A DNA stretch of 64,000 nucleotides from Phoronis australis (Eukaryota > Animalia > Phoronida): the NCBI GenBank assembly GCA_002633005.1, contig NMRA01000674.1, positions 124,001 to 188,000 on the forward strand, read 5' to 3'. Shown piece after piece: positions 52,583-64,000 of this stretch (positions are counted from its first letter, which is position 1; the number at the start of each line of letters is the position of its first letter). The translations under genes were made by a program, and so were the position numbers. A model generated the notes under the pieces. That model was not told where the DNA came from. It searched no databases and saw only the letters and a list, made by a program, of their open reading frames with translations.

Positions 52583-55500
52583 TTAAACAAAAATGTCGCC
52601 CATTACCCCAACAATGTTGACAATTTGTGTTACAAAAGGTGTGCGAACATATGTAACAACATCGCAAAACAACTTAGCAAGTATACCTCATTCTTAGTTG
52701 CAAGTGGTTCGGTTTGCCAGCTCCCCACACCCCACAAGTACAATCAACCCGGTCAATCAGAGCGGTAATTCCGCGCCATTGGATCGCTGGGGTAGGAAAA
52801 AATCGCACACGCATTTAGACCATATTACGTGGCTTCAAAAATGTAAGACTATACACATACCGTATCACTGCAAACATTCTCAAAAGCACCGGCTAGGACC
52901 TACATTGTATATGACTTCTTGGTCTAACTAAGATCCTTCCAAACCTGAGACATTTCCAATACTGGGTAGGGTTCAACAACACTAGGACTTCTCTGGAAAA
53001 CCACTACTTCGCGAGATTACGCGAGATATTTTTGTGTATTTTAAATGAAAACACTCGATTTTGGCGAGATTGTTCAAGCATCGAGATATCTACTGAACTC
53101 TATCGTGGTGTGACCCCAATCAGTGTGGTGCAGAATCCAGTGGCAGCTTATCGAACAGCAAGGCGGCGACTGCATGGTAATGATGAGGATGAAGTATAAT
53201 TTGAGGCCAATGCACGGTTTCTTCCATAAAACAGACCGAAGTAGGGACATAATTACTTTCCATAAAATTTCTGATGAGTTGTGGACTTTTGAAAACACTG
53301 ATTGCCCGTTTTTCTTTTATCACTTAGTCAAATCTAGTCTGAACTGCATGTTGAATTCTCTATATGATTGAACATAAGTTGCAAATTGTTAAGGCAACGT
53401 CCCAAATTTTGGGACTAAGCCTCTACTAAATTAAAGGCTCAGTTTTCAGTTATATTAAAAGAGTTTGTTACAACGCAAAGGAGTTCGTAACAGAGATAAG
53501 GTGATAGAAAGAAATCACACGTTTGTGAGTTGTCAATGACACAGATATGTAAACATCTTAAGGATCTTAATGGATTGACTAAGTTCTCAATTAAAAGTCT
53601 CAGAGGAGTCTTAATTTGGAGAATAGATGCCCTGGGACAACAAACTGGGAATAAGTTAACCTAAGCAGTTATTGTCATTTTTTTTAAATGTCTGTTCATC
53701 ATTTTAAACGTTAGCGTTATCACAAAGAAGGGGACATTTCAGACGGCGGAGATTACCGTGGACTCATCCCGTTGAATAATTATTGTGGGTGGAAAAGTTT
53801 TAAGTTTTTGGGAAATTTCTTCGGAATTATTATCCTGACTTGGTAGTGTCGTCTTGCTCTTCTGCTGGGCAATGATGACTGACTGCTTCACGCGAAGATT
53901 TCTTAATAGCTCTTTACCGGTTTCCATAGACTATAGCCGCAAATCGCTGGACCATTAGTCAGATCAATAACTCTAACCTGACCCTTCCTTTTTTTCATTC
54001 ATAGAGGGGCTCTTGCACTTTTGTCTGTAAAAATTGACAGAGGACGACGGACTGCGTGAAACAGCCTGTCATCAATGCCAAATAGCATATTTAGTCAGGC
54101 GTAAGGCCAGGAAAGTTTTTTTTGCAGTAGCTTCCAAAGAGTTGATGATTCTCTTCTCATTTCAATATGGCCACACTGTTAATGGAAGTCTATTTTTCGA
54201 TCGAGAACTACATGTATAGCTCTGTCTAGTGCATTCAGAGTTATTCACTATGCACGTACCTCAGACTATGCAACACAAGTGTCTTTCATTTTGTGCACGA
54301 GTATGTGACTGTGGCGCTTACATGATAAGTGCTTTACGCTTGATTTTCAGGTAATTGGTTGGTCAACAGTGTGGACGACGTTTGAAATTTTGCAAGTAAA
54401 ATAAATGCATCGACGACCATTTGAAGGCAAAAATAAAAATATGTCAAAGCCACTTTCACTAGTCTCGTTATTGCTGCATTCTTCGCTCCCATGGACGTCG
54501 ATGGCTGCCAGTTTGAATTTTGATCATCTTCAAAACGCAGCTGGTTACAATATTAAAAAATCGTTGCTGCAATACTTTTGAAGTCTAAAAGACAATGTTG
54601 TGATCACCTTCTGTAAGGGCTAGCAAAGACGGAGACCTAAGAGCTGATTATATGTCAGCCATAGTGAACGACAACTGAACTGAGGGGTCACGTCTAGGCC
54701 TGAACAACTGGGCAGCAGTATCATGTAATTCATTTAATCGTCATGTTATTTTCACATCTTGATGTGAGCTAACACAGGCAGCAAATGATCCCGTAGCCGT
54801 CTGCGTTGTCCCGAAGCAGACATCACATGCGAGTACTCAGTCCAATGAACAGGGCAGGGCAATGAGAACGTATTTATACGTGGAACAGTTCATTAGTCTC
54901 GGGTTTGGATTTGGTAAGAATTCTAAGCTAGGAAATCAAATACGTGAGATAGGCTAATAGTTGAGAAATGTTTTCTATTTAATGTTAGTATTAATCGGTT
55001 GCAACAGATTTCGTTGAAAATAGGACTAATGTTTTTGTTTGAATGTCTGTCAATGAGTCACTCGCAGTTTAGAAAGTATCTCCTTTCTTCAAGGTGTAGT
55101 AACAATAAACCGACAAACAACAAACAAATGCATTAAAGCACTAACTATATTTTGATACTTCATGTCTCATCTTCAGGCAATAAATGGAATGAATATAAAT
55201 GTATACCTAGCGAAATAAACAGTGAAATGCACTTGACAGCAGGCAGCGGGGCATACAACAAGAGAAAGAGAATGTAACACATGGCAGGATGTCCACAACC
55301 CTATCGAAACAGTGAGGGTGATGTAGCCCAAATCCGTCCATTTCACCATAGCGAATGATGGTTTGGTCTACTATTTCTTCCCTAGTAAATTTTCGGCCAC
55401 GTTGGTGTACAAAATAATCTTGCATGGACCCCCTCCCCCCATGCAAGTGTATGGACAACCATTGTGAGAGAGATCATACCGTGTGCGCAATGCAACGCTG

Positions 55501-55657
55501 TTCACGAGAATGAGGACCAAGACTTCCATCCATATGAAATGTGAATTGGTAAACAATATTACATTTGGTCACTGGTCGTAGTCTACTACGACTGAGGTTG
55601 TTCTATATGGGAAGTTAACGCGACTCTGTATTCTGATAATAAATAAGTGTATTCAGT

Positions 55658-56440
55658 CTATCACCAGGTTTGACCACCATAACGTTATCCCTAACAATCT
55701 CCTTAAGCACATGTTCGTCACTCAGATGATTAATAGAGATACAGTTTTAACAATACACGTTCTTAGTGGTTGTAGTTGTAGGTTCATCCTTAACATTAGA
55801 GTCAATCCTACACGTAGATATGAAAAATCTAACGTGTTTATCAAGAAAACAATAATTATAACCATTTTAACAAGAACTTGTTTTATGTGTTGTACTTCAA
55901 CGTTGAATGCCTGCCAATCAGATGATATCTGTTGCGCCCTCTTGAGGTAACTAGTTAAAACCACTAGTTTATAGCTTTCAGGGCAATCACATTTACGATG
56001 TAAACAGTTATCAAAATCTGTACTTTTATAATGACCTGAAGTACGAAACCCATCATCAGAATAATGTACAATGACATCGAGAAAAAGCAATTCGTTCGTG
56101 AACTTTAATATAGAATGGCATCCAAGCAAGTTCTGGATGAAAACAGTTCATCACGCGAACAATATACAAAGATATTATAAACATAGCAGATATAGATGGG
56201 GATTTTGCCGCTTTCTCAGTGACCCGTTTTTCAACGTCTGGCATGTAAAATTCTGAGAATATTGGGTCTAACGGGGAATTAATACCGACGCAGATTAATT
56301 TTTTTTGTAAAAACAGTTTGCCATTTAAATACCGAAAGGGTGCTTTGGTTGTACAGTTAGTTAATAATGCACGTACAGATGGTGGGCGAAATCTCATAGC
56401 ATTCACACTTGTGAGTACTTTGGTGGGCAACCTAATTTTT
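55658..56440 (-). pseudogene. Penelope-like element RT fragment
   Basis: LLTNCTTKAPF..NGKLFLQ...G.NSPLDPIFSEFYM, LLFLDVIV, F.TS..YK.T....LH....P...K..V....L.RA..ISS....F..E...I...L. Confidence 0.85.
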
Positions 56441-57304
56441 TCTAGGTGAATAGAAAATTCACTTTTAATTCAAATTCCAAAAAGTTTTCACGCCTTAACT
56501 TCCACATTTTTAATAATGTGTTTTTGCAAGAAATATGCACATTCCTGTTACGTGGAAGCGCTTTTGTATTAAAGTGACCAATCAGAGGGCCTGGTTGTAT
56601 TGTTGTGCGTGGTAAATTAAAATGGCAGCTCCCATGGATGGTGATGCCTGTATAATTCAAGGTGTGTCAAACAGCACTAATTTGTCAACAATCAGTACTT
56701 GAAGAAGCTTAGAAAAGCATCCTGACAAAAGCTGATGGACTGTGTAGCTCTGTGGATCAGAATATATGAAAAAGAAGGATGTGTCACAAACGTTTGTGCA
56801 GAAAAAACAGCTACTTTGCCCGACTGGTTTAGTTAAAACATGTCCTGCTATACAGCTCTAGAAGACAAAGCATCAGAACAAAAGTTCAAAAGGCAAGAAA
56901 AACGCATGGCAACGTTTCAAGACACCAGCAGCAGTAGTAAAGCTGAAGTTGCTGAAAGTGACACAGATGTTACCCAAGATCTCCCAAGAAAATCAATTAG
57001 ACTTTGAAAATCTGAAACACCAAATTGACCTGAAGTTCATACATTCTTACACTTTATTGCATCATTTGCGAGCAAGAAAAAAAATGTTATGGACCACATT
57101 ACAAAAAAGAGAAAGAATGAACAACTTTATAGCCTTGAAGACAAAACACGTATGTGTTTTTGTAAGGTAAATCTTCGTGTTTTCCTAGTGTCCATTATTT
57201 TTACTAGTTGTTTTTAGCTTGTTTAGCCCCTAGACGGCCCAAGCCTTATACAATAGTGCTGTCTCAACTGGCCCAGTAGAGACGATGGCCATGTCACAAG
57301 TCCT

Positions 57305-57545
57305 CCATATGCCGGAAGCTTTTTGGCGAATTAAGCATGACACTGATTAAACCATCAAAGTCATGTTGCTATAAGTTGAGAATTACCTTTTTTGAAGCAC
57401 AATGTATACGTGAGGGATGCCTTAGGAGGCCGTTAATTTCTTCATTTGTTACCATCTTAAACAAACACTCCAGAAATCCAGTCTTTCAAACCGTTCGTCT
57501 TTGCCCAAGTCGAAAATTGGCCATTCTTACACTGCTTGTACCAGG
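57305..57545 (+). repeat. Old relative of the MULE-like MITE TIR
   Basis: GCCGGAAGCTTTT, TAAACCATCAAAGTCA, CCTTAGGAGG colinear with 2750-2890. Confidence 0.6.
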
Positions 57546-57716
57546 GGTTAATCATATGGCGTTATACTTCGGGTCGGATTTTAAGCATTTTAAATCAAGC
57601 TTTCTGAGAAGGTTAAACGGAGTAAATGGTTGCAATGAACTGTTAAATCAATGTGCTCAAGTGGTCGTCATGCCCCGTCGTAATTCTGGGACAGGGCAAC
57701 TTCTTATCATTTTTCG

Positions 57717-57955
57717 TAAATATTATTCACTTAGGTAGCTGCAACGGTAACTGAAATAGAGCGCCGAGTGGCTGGTGTCCCCATCATAATCCAAGGATTG
57801 GGGAAGCCCCTGGCCATTTTTGAAACGGTGTGTTAATATTATTTACTTAGGTAGCTGCAACGGTAACTGAAATAGAGTGCCGAGTGGCTGGTGTCCCCAT
57901 CATAATCCTTGGATATTGGAAGCCTCTGGCGATTTTTGAAACGTTCTGTAAATAT
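57717..57955 (+). repeat. Tandem duplication of a ~117-bp unit
   Basis: ACTTAGGTAGCTGCAACGGTAACTGAAATAGAG(C/T)GCCGAGTGGCTGGTGTCCCCATCATAATCC occurs twice. Confidence 0.95.
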
Positions 57956-58049
57956 ATTGACTAAGATATAACCATCTGATTAAAAATAATAAATTTCAAT
58001 CACTGCATTGGTACACCAGCTGACTTATTTTCAGTTGCATGATCAAATC

Positions 58050-58500
58050 TAAGTGTCAGATGGTCAAAAATTTTAGGCGACAGATCAGACGGCTTGTACA
58101 TCTGGTATGCTGGTTTTGGATCAATTACTGATAAATCCGTCTGAAAAAAACTGCATCCCAACACACCGATAGTTAAATGTTAAAAGTTGGCATTTTTAAG
58201 CTGGACTTAAATCGCACAGCTCAGTCCGGAGACCTGAATAAGCAAATTAAATTTAAGTATGATGACCTTGTGGCTTAAGAAGCCAAATACCGCAGCGTAT
58301 GCTATAAAATAGAAATACAATGATGAGGAAGAACTAAGAGTCCAGTTTTCAGTATCATTTTTTTAAAGTTTTGTTTGAAGTTCATCGAATCAATGCTTCT
58401 CACATGGAGATGTCATTTGTTTTTTGTTTCAAAAGTAAAGCAAGACTTTGACACTATGCTTCAGAAAGCTGTTGTGCATGACGTTATTAGGATTGCCAGT
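58050..58500 (+). pseudogene. Academ-like transposase N-terminal relic
   Basis: DDLVA*EAKYRSVCY at ~58260-58305 matches the DL.A.EA.YH..C motif of these large invertebrate transposases. Confidence 0.5.
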
Positions 58501-59924
58501 TTGCGCCCACCTAAGAAATACAAAAGTGATTTGGGGCTAGTGTCAAATGACTGACTCGCTGTCAAACCAATTATCACAGCCTCCAAGGAAGAACTCAGTG
58601 TTTGACCCCCATTGCATGCGGGCAAATTACCCGGACGCAGTATTATCCCCTCTCTAATTAGCCATAGTTGGCTCCTTCACGGTGGAGCTTTGCACTCAAA
58701 ATGTATGGTAGTGCCACCAGCTCTATTGCCAGTACTCAATGATGTATGCTGCGAGGTCAAATTTAACGTGTGTGAGGGGAAACTGAGTTTGTGCTGCAAT
58801 GCTGGGTGAAAATGTAAAGATCTGTGCAGTTGTAACTATGGTAACATCAGCAACACTGAATGTACTAGAATAAAAATTTGCAAAAATTAGCGACGTATCT
58901 GACGGACTAATACTGTGCCCTGACCCCCCTAACTCAAACTCCTGGATCTGTCCCACGAAATATTTCAATGCTTCTTCAATACAATGACTATAAATATTGT
59001 GGCATAGCTTTTTAGGTTTATTTGATTTGCACTAAACTGTTGCTGTTCCATACAGTAGATCGGTATAGGAAGTTTTTCTTAAGTGTGGGTGAAAAGGTAT
59101 CTCTTTATACGAAAAAGACATACAAATTGTACACAGAATAATCACTATCACAGAATTCTAACATTTTCCTGGGAATTTTGCAGTGAGTGGTATAAGCACT
59201 ACTTCCAGATTTTCCACTTCCTACACATAATATTTGTGTTTTTATACCATGTCATAGACATCTAAAGCTATTGCATGCTGGAGCTTTTGGGTTGAACTCA
59301 CTTTGTTGAATCCAATGAGACTGATATATATTTCATCGAAGCCAGAGTTATTTGGAGGCGTTACTGCGGCATTTATTCTAACCTTTCTAAAGTTCCCCCC
59401 GAAGCACTACCAATTTAGAGAGTTCTACTGATAAGAAGAGGGCAGAAGATTTAGTCTCGACTCCAGACAATGGCCCAGGTTCAAAACTTAATTTCTTATG
59501 TAACAGCCATACTGTTCAATGTGTTCGTTTCAAGCACACAAACTGGAATCCAATGAGTCCAATTTCTCTGCTTGCCTACGTAAACCATACGTTTAACAGA
59601 TGTTGAGATTTATAATGTAGTCCTAGTTAAATTACACTTGTCATGACCATGTTATTATAAGTAATCAGATTGATCTCAAACCACAGAAGTCTATTCATGG
59701 AATGCCAACTTCAATTTCATGCCGCTGAAGTTGCGCTGCGATTGCATTCGTTTGTTACAATGTTTGTTCTTTCTATGGTATTTGTCACTACAACTTTTTG
59801 CAACTCATACGAATTATAAGACTAATCCCCGAGTCGCAAGTTTTAATAATAGATTACATAGGTCATGTGCAGGAGTTGGCATTTCAGGGCTAAGACAACT
59901 GTTGACATCTACAAATGAATGAAA

Positions 59925-60352
59925 CTATTAAGAAACTCCGTGGAACTCAAAGTTCTCCTCTTTTCGTGGCGGAGGGTAGAAAGCTCTGATGCAGGCTACT
60001 GCGCATGCTGGAATGACAACACCGACAGTCCGTCCTAAGTGACCGTGTACCCATCTTTGGAACTGTCTGTAGTCCACGGGTCCCATCCTTTTACCCAAGG
60101 GTCCATCACAGCGATCACGGTAATGACTTTTGTATTGCAGCCATGAAGTCTCAAAACATCCCGATTGATGTATACAGCTTTAAAACACCCATGCTCCACA
60201 ACACATTTTTTCGTTCTGTGTAAGCTGTCACGCTTCATTTTTCCATCAAGTTTTGCAACAACCTTGTCGACCTCTTGACAACATACCCTTTCTTCAACAA
60301 CTGGGGTTGTCTCACAGTTGCCACAGGTGCAGCTCCAAGATTTGTCAGCCAT
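59925..60352 (-). pseudogene. P2X7 cytoplasmic-ballast-like (KolX-type) Zn-binding domain, frameshifted
   Basis: W.CTCGNC......ERVCCQEV...CVVEH.CF..V..NRDVL, then VVIPACAVACIRAFYP...F.G. Confidence 0.8.
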
Positions 60353-61099
60353 ACATTACTACAGTAAACATCAAAATTTCGAATTGAAAACTTTACCAAG
60401 AGTGTTTCTGCCAAATTTAATTGAGGGTACTGCATACGATCACATATAGTAAAGATATATACTTTCCATACAAATGAGTAGTGCTACACCCAAGGCAGTG
60501 GTAGATCATGCCCGGGGGATGTAGTGATGGAAATGAATTGTTTGTTTCTAAGCTGACCATAAGACACAAGGAAGTTGCCCCGATTCATTGGTGGAGGGGA
60601 CTGTTTTGTAAGTAGTCGTGAGACCTGCTCTTCCAATCTGAACCCTATCGGTACCCATATGTACCAATAAACAAACTAGGCAATGCCAATGGGGCATACC
60701 AACTTGAAAAGCAGTGTTGCCACTCAAATATTACAGTATACAGTTTTTAAACCTTCTCCATAATATGCAATATGGGCAATGACCAATCCAATGGTATACC
60801 CTCTATACTCTACAGAAAATTTATCAGGTGGTTTCACCCAAGTCGACTCGTACCCAGGCCATGCACCGTATTTTATTCATAAAAGATGGCAAAATAGGAT
60901 CAGTGTACATCAACATGAAATGGTTGTTTCCATTCCAAGCATCGCCTTACAAAATAAAACTGTTTTGGAACACATGTGTACATTGATATGGGTCCGAGTT
61001 GACTTGCCCTGGAGTGACCTGTTCTATACATGTAACCTATAGAATTACCCCCCTCCGCCAGCACCTAGGTGAGAAAGTCGAAATTATAAAATTGCGATT

Positions 61100-61299
61100 T
61101 TTCATCCTCTTGTTAACACTTCACAGTCGATTATTCCAAAGTGGCTCTCAATCATTCCCATGCATACATATATTCACTCACTAGTAACACCGAGCTCAGT
61201 CTCAGAGAAGTAGGAGACACTTTTGTGCAAAGCTCAATTGTCTGCCAGTGAAAGCCAGGATTCGAACATGAGTCTCACGAGCTCAAACCACTGAGCCAC
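61100..61299 (-). mobile_element. tRNA-derived SINE fragment
   Basis: Minus strand GTGGCTCAGTGG (A box) and GTTCGAATCC (B box). Confidence 0.55.
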
Positions 61300-61479
61300 G
61301 CTGTCAACAAATAATCAGAGACCAATCACTTTTTGAGTGATTTGCTAAAATGCAAAATAATTACTCAGTTTTTATCACTGAAAGTGGTATTAAACCACGG
61401 CTGAAAGACGTTTCACCAGTGGGGACGTGGGCGCCTAGGACTGACTGGTAAAGCACCTACATGTACTTTTGAATTAAAA

Positions 61480-62370
61480 AAGACCAAGTAATAATTCGCG
61501 GTTGTAGAATACATATTGATAATATTCTTACCAGTCACTAACATCCAATCGCAACTCCTGCGCACCTTCTGCCCGTGGAGGTTCACTCGACGAACAGGCT
61601 GAGGCTGAGTGACGACCGGAGAAAAAATTTATACCATATTATTGTTCAGATTGGTTAGGACCTTGCTATTTCCTCTTTAAAGAAAATCCACAGCTAGAAG
61701 CCTTCTGCTCTGAGGCTATAGAATCAGCAATAGCAGTGTTTTCAGAGAAAAAAAAGACCAGAAAGGTAAAGCGTGCAAAGCAAGCTCACCACAGCTTCCT
61801 TGAATTATTGACAGTTGCTGAGATACTAGAAACATTCAGAGAATGGGAAGCCCACCGATCAGCTAATTTCATGCTTAAGTCCATCAAGAACTACATTTAT
61901 CAACATTTATTCGAAACGTTTCTGCTATCTGTGAAAGACTTGACTCTGCATCTCCAAAATGTTTGTGGAATGAGCAAGATCTTTTTAAATGCAAGACCTA
62001 AGAGGCTACACCTTGACTGAATTTGAAACGCGCAACTTATCAGTAACCGAAAATGAAAAAGCAAGTATCCAGAGCACAATTGTGAACACCTCAACAGGAT
62101 GGTGATGGTCCGTTCTGAACAGACCCGTATTTTCAACGATGCCCATGCCAGACAAAGACTCTTCTTTAAAACTCCAAAACTGTCCTATCTGCCCATAGAT
62201 TTCAAGAGTCAGTTCAGCATTGAAACAGGTTTCAATCAAGAGCACCCTTGCCTATCGGATCAAGAGCGATAGGGATACAATAGACAAGACTAAAAGTACC
62301 ATACTCAACCATGGCAGTCCAGTTACAGTTTGGGGTGACCAGTTGCATGGCATGACGGTATGGTCAAACA
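61480..62370 (+). pseudogene. Academ-like transposase central relic
   Basis: IIVQIG, F..W....NFM....NY....F...LLSVKDLTLHLQNVCGMSKIF, KYPE....VRS....F fragments in the order expected for the 'RLG..H / W.LHL..V..M..F / NYAR' family. Confidence 0.5.
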
Positions 62371-62378
62371 TCCTCTTG

Positions 62379-62626
62379 CATGCGCGCACCCAGCCTTTAA
62401 TATGGGGGGCTCTATTCTCTGGCAAAGGGGACCTTTTGCTAACAAAAAACCGGGAGGACTACAAAAACGGGGTACCACCTTCAGTTCAGTGAACTGTGCG
62501 TCTATGCGTTTTTAGTGGACTTGTGTCTCGCTTTCTCGGACTTTTTTTCTGAGGCGGACCTTTTTACCCACTTCACCAATTTGGGGGGCTCGTTCGAGCC
62601 CCCCGAGCCCCCTGGGTGCGCGCATA
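62379..62626 (+). mobile_element. ~245-bp MITE (hAT-like termini)
   Basis: CATGCGCGCACCCAG...CTGGGTGCGCGCAT TIRs; paralog at 23552-23797. Confidence 0.8.
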
Positions 62627-63072
62627 GCATGCCACTATGACGAAGGTTCAATACTCCCAATGCCCATTACTCCGAAGGTTCGTTATCTTCTAAAATTCAC
62701 TATTTTGAATTTCCACTATTCCAAAACCAGGGCCCGATCTCTGATCTTTGGACTCGAAACGAACTGGAAATTATTTTTGGCAATTTCTCTGTGCCAAATA
62801 ATTATAGTTCATGAATATAAGTTTCTAGTACATGAGTACATGTTTGCACTAAAAAAACCTTATATGTGTCCTACAAACTCGAGTAAAAACTCGGAATTTA
62901 AAGTTCAAGCACAAACTTTAGATTTAATGTTGAATTTGTCAACTGCAAATTAAGACTAATCAATCACCCTCGTAAGTCATTATGCACTCGAGCATAGAGT
63001 AATAGACGCTTATCCCGAGTTCGCACAAAAGTAGATTTAAAAATGGCAAACATTATTTCGTGTTCCATTTAG

Positions 63073-63235
63073 AGTAAATAGATTCTAGACTGTTCTCTAC
63101 TCTGATTGTGTGATCATGACTCATTCTCAATAGAGACAACATCTTGGGCACAGCTGTTGCGACCAACTGCGGTTTCAAATTTAAGAAAACTAAATGGGAA
63201 TCCCTGACTTTGTGAGGCCTTGCAGGGACAGGATG
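63073..63235 (+). pseudogene. Exon-like relic paralogous to 30728-30937
   Basis: TTCCATTTAG acceptor, ILDCS, AVATNCGFKFKKTKWE. Confidence 0.4.
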
Positions 63236-64000
63236 GCTTAGTAACTTCATTTAGTTTCGACCCAGCCGTGTGCGTCGCGCTGCGATTCAATCTTGACATG
63301 GATTTGAAGAATTGTGTCATGGTTGATAATTCTTCATATCATTTTAAAATGCAAGTGCGTACTCATTTTAAGACATGCGGGCAATTTAGCATGCACATGA
63401 AGTCTGACTACAGTTTCTAGTTGTGCTGGCCAGCTGGAGACGGTGGTCACAGTCTACATAAAATCCAGACAAAGTGCAATAGTGCCCGGGCGTTGTTTTC
63501 GGTATAGATGCATCTAATAGCCGAAATATCGTTTATTTTAGCATGTAAAAGCTTAAAAATCTCATCTGACTTTGAAAGTTTAGATATTTTTGGAGCGGTG
63601 AATCTTCGGAGTGATGAATCGTCGATGTAATGAACCTTTAGAATAGCTAACTTTACGAGTAGTAAACTTTCGAAATAGTGGATTGTCGCCATTTCCAGTG
63701 ATGTAAGCAACTTAAGGAACACGCTAAAATACAACCAGATAAAGGTGTTTTATTTGTTTCACAATCTCTCTTGATAAGTTAAAAAAACTTGCTGTCATTA
63801 AAAAAGTTCAATTTACCAGCACTCCTGGACTTCTTATGGACCTGGATAAGGGTCCCCAGAAACCACCAGAGGTGGCTGGAATGTCATGTGACTGATGCGA
63901 GACGGCCGTCCCTGTGCCTTCCCACCGTTTTGCTTAAAGTCCTTATTTTAAAATGCCAATGTGGCTCCAGTATCAGAAAACACTTAATAAATAAAATCTT

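Noticed and set aside
53080-53200. Candidate downstream exon (...RRRLHGNDEDEV*) for the secreted protein
   Set aside because: No convincing polypyrimidine/AG acceptor.

Overview
AT-rich, repeat-dominated eukaryotic DNA, probably from a marine invertebrate (inferred from the TE families and frequent TACATGTA motifs). It has one 55-N gap at 49574-49628. I found no prokaryotic genes, rRNA, true tRNA or CRISPR array, and most short ORFs in the track are spurious. Recognisable protein relics: Ngaro-type YR retrotransposon (RT-end/RNase H + tyrosine recombinase, 26-27.6 kb), DIRS-type YR, piggyBac (PGBD3-like) transposase, L1/Tx1 RT, CR1/L2 endonuclease, Penelope-like RT, Academ-like fragments, and Kolobok-like modules (THAP + P2X7-ballast-like domain). 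There are several MITEs with TIRs and TSDs readable by eye. The best host-gene signal is an intact signal-peptide exon at 45661-45755. No intact novel system is demonstrable; the leads are listed under findings. All family calls come from motif recognition without database searches.
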